Positions 27,850 through 41,021 of a DNA stretch of 57,432 bases are shown here, piece after piece. The position numbers and the translations under genes are program-made. The DNA comes from Perkinsus chesapeaki ATCC PRA-425. Its lineage: Eukaryota > Protista > Perkinsozoa. Position 1 is the stretch's first letter; the number at the start of each line of letters is the position of its first letter. The stretch is taken from the NCBI GenBank assembly GCA_013115145.1, contig JAAPAO010000176.1, forward strand, positions 1 to 57,432, written 5' to 3'. Below the pieces are notes generated by a model. The model ran no database searches. It saw only the letters and a program-made list of their open reading frames with translations, and was not told the origin of the DNA.

Positions 27850-29310
27850 TTATTCTTCTTCTTCTTTCTTATTATTATCATAATTTTGACTCTTAATAGC
27901 CAACCATATAGCAGAATTACATTTAAAACCACTACCAAAAGCCAATTGTAATATCCTATCACCAATTTTAATACGATTATTAACTTCAATATATTCTAAT
28001 TCATACCAAATACTACTACTACTTGTATTACCCTTATTGTATAATACACTACGACTAGGTAATATATCATAATCACTTAATTTAATATTATATTGTAATG
28101 AATCTAATACACCTCTACCTCCAGCATGTATACACCAATGATCGATACATTTCCTGAAATCTGGAATATATAACGAAGATGATGATTTATTATCATTAAA
28201 TAATATATCATATTTAACTTTAATAATAGATAATAATACTTTAATAATCTCTCTATAAGGTAATATTAATTTACCTAATCTTTTAAAATTCTGTTTAATA
28301 GCAATACCAGCTACTTTAATAATACTTTTTTGTAATCTTAATGTTATTATATTATTACTACTATCATCAGTTTCAATAATACTCTCAAAGCTTTCTTCAC
28401 CAATAACTTGTGTTCTTACAGTATTTAATAATTTATATTTACTTATATATCTATCATTATATTTGGATGATAATATAATAGCAGCAGCACCACATCTAAA
28501 TAATGTATTACCCATTAATGGTTCACGATCATTACCACGGTAAAAGCACCTTGTTAATATCTCAGTTGATACTATTAATGCCCTTGTATTAGGCGTATCA
28601 TTTAATAATCGTTTAGCTAAATCAATAGATATTATACCAGCACTACATCCCATACCACTTAAATTATATGTAATAATATCATCTCTCATATTAAAATGAT
28701 TAACTATCATCGCTGCATGCGATGGTATAGGATTATACATGGCACAATTAACAATAACATAATCGATACTTTTAGGGTTAATATTAGGTATTTTATTTAA
28801 TAATTTATTAACAGTATTAATAATAAGTTCTTTAGCTTCATATCTGGTATTATATGATGTAGCATTAACTGGTTTATTAGTATTAATACAATTAACAACA
28901 GCAGGTGGATATGCACCGCTTTTATCAGGACATGTACCAGAACGTTCTAATAAACGTTCCATAAACTCAATTGATTCTTCAGTATAACAATCTTGTATTT
29001 TAGCTATATTAATAATATCATTATGGCTTACTTTCCATTCTAGAGGTGCTTCAAATTGAGCATGATCAATACAATATATATGTGGTGAATTCATATACCA
29101 CCATAATAATATTAATAATGATATAATAATAGATATTATTATATAATAATTAATAATAATAAAACATATCATTATTAATATAATATTACTATATATTAAT
29201 AACCATTCTCCATAATAGGTCATAAATATAATTAAATAACCCACAAACCTCATACGTATAGTACTACTCGATAATTTATTGTTATTATTATCATTGCTGT
29301 TATTACACAT
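27850..29310 (-). CDS. FAE1-type 3-ketoacyl-CoA synthase (plant-like elongase condensing enzyme, intronless)
   Basis: NLSGMGCSAG (catalytic Cys), CIHAGGRGVLD (His), GNTSSSSIWYEL (Asn), AFGSGFKCNSAIW, and N-terminal TM helices. Confidence 0.95.
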   Translation of the reverse strand: MCNNSNDNNNNKLSSSTIRMRFVGYLIIFMTYYGEWLLIYSNIILIMICFIIINYYIIISIIISLLILLWWYMNSPHIYCIDHAQFEAPLEWKVSHNDIINIAKIQDCYTEESIEFMERLLERSGTCPDKSGAYPPAVVNCINTNKPVNATSYNTRYEAKELIINTVNKLLNKIPNINPKSIDYVIVNCAMYNPIPSHAAMIVNHFNMRDDIITYNLSGMGCSAGIISIDLAKRLLNDTPNTRALIVSTEILTRCFYRGNDREPLMGNTLFRCGAAAIILSSKYNDRYISKYKLLNTVRTQVIGEESFESIIETDDSSNNIITLRLQKSIIKVAGIAIKQNFKRLGKLILPYREIIKVLLSIIKVKYDILFNDNKSSSSLYIPDFRKCIDHWCIHAGGRGVLDSLQYNIKLSDYDILPSRSVLYNKGNTSSSSIWYELEYIEVNNRIKIGDRILQLAFGSGFKCNSAIWLAIKSQNYDNNKKEEEE

Positions 29311-29324
29311 TAAAGGGAACTATT

Positions 29325-29333
29325 AAGGGGCCT
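29325..29333 (-). promoter_or_regulatory. AGGCCCCTT motif 14 nt upstream of the KCS ATG
   Basis: Minus strand TTTCTTCTTCAGCAG|GCCCCTT-AATAGTTCCCTTTA-ATG, preceded by a pyrimidine tract. Confidence 0.7.
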
Positions 29334-29699
29334 GCTGAAGAAGAAATAAGCAACTATAATAATTAATAAAGCATCGTCGATGATACTAACACCAACGATA
29401 TGCGGACAATTAACGGATTGCACGCATGCGCATGAAAAGATTGTCTACTATAGTAGTTGTGCGAAGCGAAACGTCGGAAGGCGTTGATGATGATGAATTT
29501 AATGATGATAATGGTGAATATCCTTTATTATTATTAATAGGATGATGATGATTTATTATTAATAAGATATTGAATAGGGATAATAAGACACATTACAATA
29601 CCAGTAGAGTACTATTATTAAATATACTATTTACATTAATTATTATTTCAATACTACAACAATATTACCCCTATACTATTAATATAGGTATTCTACTAT

Positions 29700-32600
29700 A
29701 CTGCTACCCCCATTTATTAAATTAATCAACAACCATGTTGTGTTATCATTATTCAATTTAACTAATAACACAACCAACAACACTTTTGTTCTTTTTGTTG
29801 TTATTAACAACATTATTATATATTGATAATATCATGGATATTCCTAGTAATGTATGCTTTACTTAATATTATTGAATTATTATTATTAGATAATCTCATC
29901 ATCCTCATCTTTAAATCATCATTATCATACTTACTCTTTGTTATCTGAATATAATAGAATGGAGTACGGTAGTATTCTTAATATAACTTACTATATTATT
30001 AATACAATTATTATTATTATCTATCTTAATATTTATTAAACATGTATTTATATCCATTATATATCTTGGTATAATGATATTATGCATATCACCATTTATT
30101 GCTGTATACATGGATATTGTACTATACGATATAGTAGTCGGATTATTACCACCACCACCACCAACAACAACACTATTAGTATTACCTAATAATAATATAT
30201 ATTATAATAAATATAATTATTATTACCACCATCATCATCACCACCACCTTTCATGGTCATAATAGATGATGATGTTTTGCCTACTATTAATGAATTATCT
30301 TTAAGTACTTGTATATATGATGATTTATCATTTAATAATATTATTGCTATATAATCTCTATTGGGCAATAGATCAGGTAATGCTAAAAACAGCAGCAGCA
30401 TCATCATCAGCAACAGCAGGAGGATATATAACGTTTGTTAATAATAGAGATAATATTAGTAATAGTGTTATTATTATTACATCTTATATTATCACATGAA
30501 CCATATAATATTCTTATCCTAGTAGTATTACCATTATTAAATATATTATTATTATATATATTATCATTATCTAATAATATACATCTAACTATATACAATA
30601 TTATTATTATTACTATTAATAATATATGATGATGTTACTGGTTTAGAACAAGTTAATTTAATTGATGGAGCATATAATTCCCAAGCACTATATTGTGATG
30701 CTGTTGATGATGATGAGCATGTATTCCTAGATATCATCATAACCTATTAATATATATCCAACTTAATAGTGTATTATTATTACATATCCTTTAGGTATAT
30801 AACATATTGTATATAGTATATCCTCTTTAACATCATCACCACCACTATTATTATTATTATCATAATTATTAGTATTACCTCCTTTATTATCATCTATTAT
30901 TGTAGTATTAGAAGATGGCTGATTATTTAATCTCAAGTTAGTTGATACCTACGACGTTATACAATACTAACATACTACTATATTACAACTACTTTATCAA
31001 CAACAACAACATCGTCATTAATATCATCATATCTATTAATAATATTTACATATTATTATTACTATTATTATTACCTATTCCGTTCCCATAATTCATATTC
31101 TAATAATGAACTTCTACTCTTTGATACATTATTATTACTAATAATATACATATTAGTTCATTATTATTATATTATTACTATTACCTATAATTGGTGTTGG
31201 ATACTAATTGTTGGATACTAACATAACCAGTTGATAATGTAGCACCATCTTCACCTTCAATCCTTCTACCCGCCTCGCTCTGACAACTATAATTACTATT
31301 TATATTTATTATTATTACTATTACCATTGAATATATACAATTAGTAATTATATAACATTTATTAATATTCATTAATGTATTAACTACATCACTTTTCCTT
31401 CTATTAATAATATCATTTGATGATGCTTTAAAGAAGTATTCCAATGGATAAAATAACATAACTGTCTTATATGATATTATTGATAATGTACCTATCTTAT
31501 AGGTATAATTCACCATTCAATATTAATACACTAGTATGTTATCTTTATTATTACCAATAGTTGCATGCTGATCTCTAATATCTATACCGTATCTTTCATT
31601 ATCACTATTAATTATTATCATACCTATATAATCCTTATTATTATCAATATCAGGGATACCTAACAACAATATATAACTCAAGCAACATATACAGTATAAT
31701 AACAACAGTAATACAACAACAACAACAACAACAATATCTCCGTTATTATAATTACTACCATTATAATCATCTTTACAATCACCAAATAACAAATGTAATC
31801 TACTATCCTTATTAATATTATCTAATGTATATCTTAATTTATTCTCATTACTAAAATCTAATGTATGCCCCAATTCTTGTATAGGTTGATTACCTAATAA
31901 TAATAAGACTAATTTATAATAGTACAATAATCATAATTATATCACCAGATATAAAATCAATAATATTTGATGGTGATATCTTTTTAGAGCATGATAGTTC
32001 ATTATCTGGTGCTGCTACTGCCATGTTATTATTATTGCATATCCTTCTAGACATATATAACTGATAATATATATAATTATATTACTGATATTATTATATA
32101 TATTACTGATCCTTTAGGTATATAACATAATATTATATCAAGTCCAATTCTATTATTATCTAATAATAATTATAATTTACGATATTATATATATTAGTAT
32201 TACCACTGGATGTCTCATTTCTTAATTCAGTTAAAGCTGGTGTTGTTGTTGTTGATAACCTATTATAATGTTTATTATTATTATCAATATTATGCGCTAT
32301 CTAATAAAATAAATATCATTTATATTATGACATTATATATTACTCTAATAATATCAACATCATCATCTTCAGTATTATATTCCCTAATTTATAAGTTATA
32401 TTATAATATATTATATTATTACCTATTATTTATCTCTAATAAACTATCCTTATTATTATTTATATTATTATCCTTATTATTTATATTATTATCCTTATTA
32501 TTTATATTATTATCCTTAATATTATTTATATTATTATCCTTATTATTTATATTATTATCCTTATTATTTATATTATTATCCTTATTATTTATATTATTAT

Positions 32601-33221
32601 ACGTTTCTTTACCTCTTAATGCTGCCAATGTTAAGAAAGAATAATCATCTATAGAATATGTTAATACCTAATAATATTAATAACTATTATTAATATATAT
32701 ACTATTACTATTAAATATGGTATAATATAATGATATAGTACAATACTGACATACATTCAATAATAATAAAAGTATTAGCTAAAGTTTAAATAACACTTTA
32801 CGACCATCTCCCCCCATATCTACATAGTCAATTGATAGTGTCAATAATAATCATAAGGTTCATTGTTAAATAGTGGGCTGCTATCATCAAATGTTATTAG
32901 TATTGACTGTAAGCTACGGTCAGAATGAAGCTACTAGTAATGGATCGAAGGTGGTGGTGGTGGGAACTAGACTAACAACACTAACCACCACACACTCCTA
33001 ATCATATACTAAGTTAACATAGACACAATATAGATAAGGAATCTGGTCATACAGCAGCAAGCTGTTGGATAGTTATCTACCACCGTAGGCGAAGCAAAAA
33101 GGGAAGAGGGTCTATTACATACAGGGTCACCGCTAAGGGACACCTTGTGTTACAAGTATGATCTATACTTCATTAATAACAACTAACCGGCAGCAGCAAC
33201 CACGCAGGTCGTCATCATCAT
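29700..33221 (-). CDS. Intron-rich hypothetical protein gene (boundaries uncertain)
   Basis: Several coding-like exons bounded by GT-AG (e.g. IQELGHTLDFSNENKLRYTL, QSEAGRRIEGEDGATLSTGY, LAALRGKETY). No family recognised. Confidence 0.35.
32440..32597 (-). repeat. 21-bp tandem repeat, probably coding (NNINNKD)n
   Basis: About 7 copies of AATAATATAAATAATAAGGAT on the minus strand, in frame in ORF 32419-32628. Confidence 0.85.
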
Positions 33222-33328
33222 AGGGGGCCCTATATTGCGCTGTTCACTTTAGCGCACGCCCAAATGATCGATATCTTATAGAGTAACAATTAGTGGTAGG
33301 TTTGAGTTGGGTTATTGTTGTGGCTTTG

Positions 33329-36300
33329 ATGAGTATATTACCTGAACCTAAAGCCAGACGACCAAGTAGTAGTAGATTAACTGAACCATTATTAGGAAAT
33401 AGGAATAATAAAAAAGTACGATATAATATTAATAATAATTATTATGATTATTAGGATGATAAAATAAAAGAAGATACTTTTATTAATAAATATTTTGGTA
33501 ATAATCATTTAAGTAATTTATATTATATTATATCAGGTACTGATACCCAAAAATCATCATTATTTCTGGCATTAAGCGCTTTAATATATAATATTGATAC
33601 ATTAATAAGATTAATAATGCAACATTTTGGTGATAGAATAGATCTTATTATATATATGCTTGGACTAACATTAATATCATATGGTGCTTATAAGGGTTAT
33701 ATATGCAGTTCACCTAATAATATATTATATACTGCATTTTATCCTGGACAATCCATACATCCATTAAAAGATAATTGGTTTAATATACATCTTGGTACTG
33801 GTTTACTAATATCATCACAAGCTATATTATTAGGAAGTGTTATATATTTATTAGCATCTATAATTGAACTTATTGAATCATTTATTATTAGTTATAATAT
33901 AGCATATAGTAGTAGTATATGTAATATTATTGGTGGTATATTAATAGTTATATCATCATATTATAATAATATAGCTACTTATCCCGAGAATATGTTAAGA
34001 CCATTCGATCCACAAATTGTTGAGTATTTAGAAAAGAATAATAAACAATGGTTAATAAGGCATATTGGTACTGATATGCAAATGGCATCATGGTCATTAT
34101 TAATAACATCAATAATATGGTTTATTATATCAGCAATATCATTTGATTACTTTACACCGCCTGAATGTGGTATACCGTATTTTACTGTATTAAACCTTAT
34201 TTGCAGTATATTACTTGGTATTAGTGGTTATTATTCATTAAGACAATCATATAATGAAGGTACTAAATTTGATACATTATTAGTTAATGTGTTTAATAAT
34301 GTACCTAATAAAATGAAAGATGATGAAGATGATGATATTATTGATTTAGAGAAGGGCAATAGTAGTAGCAGTATTGGCGGCGGCGGTGGTGGTGGTGGTG
34401 TTAAGATATCATCAATGGTTGATGTGGTGGTGGATGATGAGGAACATCCATTGAATAATATAAATAATAGAGATATAGTTGGTTTAGTCGACATGCAAGA
34501 TGTTATTAATGAATCTTATGCATATATTAATAATAACAATTGGTATTGTGATGAGACTACAGATGAAGAACCTGTTATACATAAGCTGACAACAACAATA
34601 ATAGGATCGGCGTCGGCGGCGGTTGGTAATAGTAAATTAATACATAACGACTTGGCATCATCATCACACACTGATAATATATCCAATAATAATGATGAAG
34701 ATATATTAATACCACCACCGCCCCCACCTCCTGGAGGTATTGAGAGTGTTACTGAAACTACTAAAATATGGTATTATCGTAATAATAATAATGCGGTTAA
34801 ATGTAGTGATATATTAAATGGGATTGATGCATTATTAGTAGCAGCGGTACTACAAAGTAAAGAATTTAAACAAAGTGTTATTGGTGATAGTGATATTGGT
34901 AAAGTATCAATAATTGATGAACCAGATGGTAAAACATTTATATATTATGAGAGACATCCCCCAGATCCGCCTATGCCATTATGTGAATCAACTTATTGTA
35001 GTCATATTGGTATACCTTATAACAGTGAAGAAGACGACGAGGAGGAGGAGGAGAGTTTAATATTAGTTGAATGGGGTATAGCAACAACAACAACAACAAC
35101 CCAAGCATCAGCATCAGCAGTAGGCACAGCAACATATAATGTAATAGAACATATATAATATGTATATATTATTACGTATATATGTTTATAGGTTAGTAAT
35201 AGGTATGGTAATATAATAGATCCTAAAGCTGCTAGAGTAGATCCATATAGGGTATATTATTTAACATCATTACCTGGTGGTAAAACTAAGATAACAAGTG
35301 CGTTGTATATAACGATACCACATAATAATAATAAAACACCACAATTCTTAATAAATGAGGAATTAAGGAAAGCACCTGAGATATTTGCAGATTTAAAAGT
35401 ATTCTTAAATGATGAAGAGGCAATGGTACAGGTAATAATAATAAGGGTGGTATATATAGGTAGTGGTGTTAATAATCATCATTATTATTGGAGTCATGAT
35501 GGTTATATATTATAGGTTATTGGAGATTTAGAATTTAGAATATGGCAAGATATACATAGAAGAATAACACCATTATTAGCCGGTGTATTAGTAAGAGCAT
35601 CACCAGCATATAGATCAATGATAGCTACCTTTCCTGGATTAAGAGCTAAAGTACCAATGTCAATACCAGTATACATGCATAGTAGATATATGTCATCGGT
35701 GATACGATATAATGAGGAGGAGGAGGAGGGTGATATACATCCGCTGCATAATACACCAGTAACATTATGTGATGCGATAACTGATGATGGTATATTAAAA
35801 GCATGTAGTATTGGTTTACAATTTATATCTAATGAATATGAAGATTGGATATTAACTAATAATAATAACACTAATAATAGTATATTACATAATCCATTTA
35901 ATAAACAACAACAACGGAATCCATTTAAATTGAATATATGGCGACGTAAATTAAAAGGTGAAAGTATAGATCCATACAGGATGCAATGTAAAATACAGGG
36001 TATTGATCCATTAACATTGGCAACTATATGGTGGTCAAATGAAGGGAAATTCCGTACAATAAATAAAGAATATACTGGTATTGAATCAATTAAAGATGTT
36101 ACACCAGCATCAGTAGCATCAGCAGCCCCATTAAATGGGGGAGTGGGGGGAAGTGATGATAATATTAAAGTATATAATGAGATATTAAAAGGTCATGGTA
36201 CTATGCGAAAAAGAGAATGTAATATAATTACTATAATAAAGGAATTATCAGCAACTAAAGTAATAATACTAAATAGTATTATTATCGTATTTATTATTAT

Positions 36301-37260
36301 TAGGTTATGGTTATTGATTATTCGGTAGTATTATCAAATATATTACCTAATAATAATAAATCATCATTGGTACATGTTAATATATTTAATGTTTATATAT
36401 TCGAAAATGATAGTGGTGCTAATACGAAGATAACTATAGCTGGTTTAGTACCATTTGGAGGAAAAACTGAAAAGTTAAAGCTGAAAATAATGGCTGAACA
36501 AGAAGTAAAGTAATAATAAATATAATAATAGTATTGTTGTTCTTATTATTACTATTATTGGTGTTGTTGCTGTTTACAGATCACAAGAACATTTTATGAC
36601 ATTTATGTATAATTATTTTACTGATACACCAGAAGGTAGATTATTGGTTACCAATACTAGAACCAAAATATTAGGAAAAGTAATATTATTATTAATAATA
36701 TATTATTATAGTTATTATTAATAGGTATGGCAACCTATACTATGTGGTGGTTTAACTAAACTACAACTACAGTTCTTGAGAGCTAACTCTGATGCATTCA
36801 ATATGTTACTTAATGAAGATGATCATATTAACTCAATAACATCATCATCATCATCAACGACAGCAGTAGCAGCAGGAGGAGCAGGATCAGCAAGGAGAAG
36901 AAATAAAGAAAATAATGGGTAATATTAGTATTTGCTGCTGCTGGTTGTTGTTGTGACTATTTATGATATTATTATCTATGTACAGTGATGATAAACATAT
37001 TGGAAAAGCATCAGCAGCAGCTGCAGCATCATCATCAGCAGCAATGTCGTCATCCGTATCACGTTTAACAAATAAAGATAATATAGTAAATCAAGGCGTC
37101 TTACCAAGAAAAATAAGGTAGTAATTAGTATGGTGACAAGGTGATAGTAATATTATAGATCACGCCAAACAACAGGGGATAATAGTATAATAATGAGGAA
37201 TAATAATAATGGGATCAATGATGATAATAATAGGGAGAAAAAGGATAAAGTATGTAGTGT
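33329..37260 (+). CDS. Multi-pass membrane protein with a C-terminal START/SRPBCC-like domain (spliced; end uncertain)
   Basis: The 513-aa exon has several hydrophobic helices. Later exons read IWRRKLKGESIDPYRMQCKIQGIDPLTLATIWW...KVYNEILKGHGTMRKRECNII...TKITIAGLVPFGG, resembling a START fold layout. Confidence 0.5.
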
Positions 37261-37492
37261 TATGTAAATAATAATAATAAGAAGAAGATTGATTATAATT
37301 TACCAATTATATTAGTAATATCATCTTCATCATCGATTATCTATCATTATTACCATTATTGTTATATTATTAAGTAGATGTTAGCTAGCCCACCCACCAC
37401 ATTACGTTGCTCTATTACTACTTATTCTACTACTGGTTCAATGATGCTTAATAATATTGTGTTAATAATATTATGATATTAGTTATTATATA

Positions 37493-39519
37493 ATGTCAAT
37501 AACATCATCAAAAGAAAGAATAATTAAGGAATATACTGAAGATGAGCATGATGATAGGTTAATAATAATGGAAGATAGTGTTACTAAAGGATGGAGTATA
37601 TTATCATTAAATATTAATGATGGTATAATAATAAATAATCCATATAAGGTTATTAAATTAAGAGTATTAAGAGGTGTTATTGATATACTTGGAGCAGAAT
37701 TATATCCATCAAATATAATATATAATATAGGACCATCACTACCATCATTATCATTAATAAATATTAAAGCAACAACAATAATACAACCCGAAGCAGAAGC
37801 AGTATCATCATCATCATCATCATCAGCTGCAGCAGCAGCAGAAGCGAGGTGTGGATGTAATAATAAGGAGGGAGAATATGTGAATAATAATAATAATAAT
37901 AATATGTATGCGGATGAGAAGGAATATATATCAAGTGAATATAATAAAGATTATCCTGTTATTATAGCATTATCTACTACTAATAAGAATGATATTATAT
38001 ATTATTATAATAATATAATAAATAATAATATTAATGGATATAAAGTGTTCACAATACCATTTCAATGGTATAATACAATAGATTATATTATTAATAGATG
38101 TGGTTTATTATCGAAGGCTACTACTACTACTACAAATAATAATAATAAGTTTATTAAGGTAATGGTTGTAGGTGGTAAAGGTGCTGGTAAATCATCATTT
38201 ATTAAAAGTAGTATAAATGGAATATTAACAAGAGGAGGGCGTAATAGTAATAATAATAAAGTAGTAGTTAGAGTTATTGATTTGGATTGCGGTCAATCGG
38301 ATATATCACTACCAGGTTGTATTACATTATATGATTATGTAATAATGATAATTAATACATTATATGAGGTTAATATGATCAGCAGGTTAATATATCATTA
38401 TCACCCTCCCCAACATTAATAACATCAACACTACCATCGGAAAGAAAAGAAGGTGGAAATGATTATGATAAATCAATACTACTACATTATGAGCTTTATA
38501 CTGGTGGAACAACACCATCGTTGAATCCGATGGATTATATTAATAAATGCTATAAATTAATAGATATGGCATTGATGATGGAATTGGATAATAATAATAA
38601 TAATAAGTGTTGTTGTATACCAGTATTAATTAACACCCCCGGATGGTTTAGTGGTTTAGGAGCCCATATATTGACATTATTACGTTATTATATTAAACCT
38701 GACATTGTTATTAATATTGGTAATAATAACATATTGGATAATAGTACTTATTGGTATGATCTATGTAATGGTAATAATCCATTAATACCGCAGGGGTTAT
38801 CAACAATAACAAAAGGAGGAGGACAGCAGCAGCAGGAGGAAGTAGGACCATACGGTGAAGATATTATATTACCATCACCAATGAAGGATTATGATAATGA
38901 TAATAGTAATAATACATTATTATCTATACCTAAATCAGCTGATTTGAGATGGTTGAGGTATGCATGTTATTTTAATAGTAATATTATTGGTAAACCTTAT
39001 CTATGGCATACTGTAATACCTCATACATTCTTTAATAATAATAATAATAATATTAAATTATTACATATTAATAATATTAATAATATCAAGATAATGGAGA
39101 ATGATAAGATTATTGATATTAATAATAATGGTAATGGTGGTAGTAGTAGTATTGATGATGATTTAGTAGTAGTATTAGATGGTATATTAGTTGGGTTGTT
39201 AGATAGTAATGATTATTTATTATGTCAAGGAATAATACATAATATTAATAATAATATTATAAGTGTATGGATACCTAAATACAAGAATATTAATAATAAT
39301 GATGTTGTTTCTATTGTTAAAGGTAATATTGATTGGTCACCTAGAGGCTCATCATATTATACTAATACTAATAGTAATACCAGATTATGCACCAATGATG
39401 AAAGATATTTCTTACCCCATACACTTAAAAATGAGCCAATAGCACGAGGATCTAATCCAAGAACAGATTTGAAAAGGAGGAGATTGGAGCAGCGTCATCA
39501 TCATCATCATCATCAATAG
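37493..39519 (+). CDS. NOL9: Polynucleotide 5'-hydroxyl kinase NOL9/Grc3 (Clp1 family), one intron
   Basis: P-loop VVGGKGAGKSSF, IDLDCGQSD, YTGGTTPS and LINTPGW. A phase-0 intron at about 38340-38386 joins ORFs 37493-38419 and 38521-39519. Confidence 0.88.
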
Positions 39520-39869
39520 TAGTAGCAAGAACATACAGGAGGCTGTATAGAAATAGTATTATTAATATATATTAACAACAACAACAACGTACAATAACAG
39601 TTAATGTTTCTAATATAAACTCCTTCTTCTTCTTGTTATTGTTATTATTATTATAGCAGTTATTCCTTTTATATTGATACATTTAATAATAATATCATAC
39701 TACTAATAAGATAATAATACTATTTATAATATTATTATTAATATTATTGTATTCATCCATGGTATTAATAATAAATGATATAATAATAATAATAACATAT
39801 ATTATAATAATATCAATTAAATGTATTATATTATCACGAGGATACAATATAATAGTAAGTAATAATAAT

Positions 39870-40961
39870 AATAATAATGACGATCTACTACAGTATACTA
39901 CAGTATATTATTGTATTATTCAGACTGATGTGTTCCAAAATAATAAGTATTATTATATTATTAGAATATTAATAATAATAGTATTAACTATAGGGTCACC
40001 AATTATATCAATAATATACCACAACTACCATTATTATTATAATACTAATACTCAACACCACCACCACCAGCAGCACCTTATTGAATATTTCAGGTAGTAA
40101 TATTAGTAGTAGTAATATTATCGTTGTTATTGATTATCGTTAATATTAAGGTATTTAGAAGATATAGATATTATTATACATAGTATGGTTATTATTAATA
40201 TGATAATAATGTTATTAATAAAAGGTTATTTAATACATATATTAAATAATATGTATAATATAATATTTATTATACCATCACACTTACATCATCATGTTTG
40301 TCATGCTTAATAATAATAATAACAACAACTTATTGTTGTTGTTTATGATGATACTGATAGTTAATATTGTGTTAATAGTAAGTAGAATTAAGTTATATAA
40401 TAATACCAATGATAGATAATGGTGATAATAATAATAATAATCGTCTTAAAAGGTTAACCTGTATAATGGATAGGAGGATGATGACGATGATGGTAGACGA
40501 TGTTGATGATAATGATAATGATGATATTATGTTATTACTACCATGGTGATGGTATTATTATTAGATATTGTATAATATATCCATTCTTTTAGGCAGCATA
40601 GTACCACACCGCCACCACCACCTCATCATCATCATGATGAACATAATAATATAATAATACCCCCGCGTAATGAAGATGTTGATAATGATATTAATAATAG
40701 TTATACCAATTATGATATGCCCCTCCCTCCGCCGCCTTGGTTATATAATACATTATTAAGGAATAGGGCTGCTACTATAATACAAAGAGCATATCGTTAT
40801 TATATAAGACATAGGAAGGCAATGATGATAATGACGAGTTTGAGTATATAGTTAGACATTATTATTAGATAATAATATCGTATAATAATATATTAATAAA
40901 TGAGGCTGCTGCTATAATAATACAAAGGTATTGGAGAAGATGTTATATGAATAATAATAAG
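39870..40961 (+). CDS. IQ-motif-containing protein (partial, spliced)
   Basis: Two IQ motifs in separate exons: AATIIQRAYRYYIRHRK (~40768) and AAAIIIQRYWRRCY (~40905). Start and end are unresolved. Confidence 0.5.
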
Positions 40962-41021
40962 GTAATAATGATAAATATGTTATTACATATCATTATATAT
41001 ATAATTTATATATCATTATAT

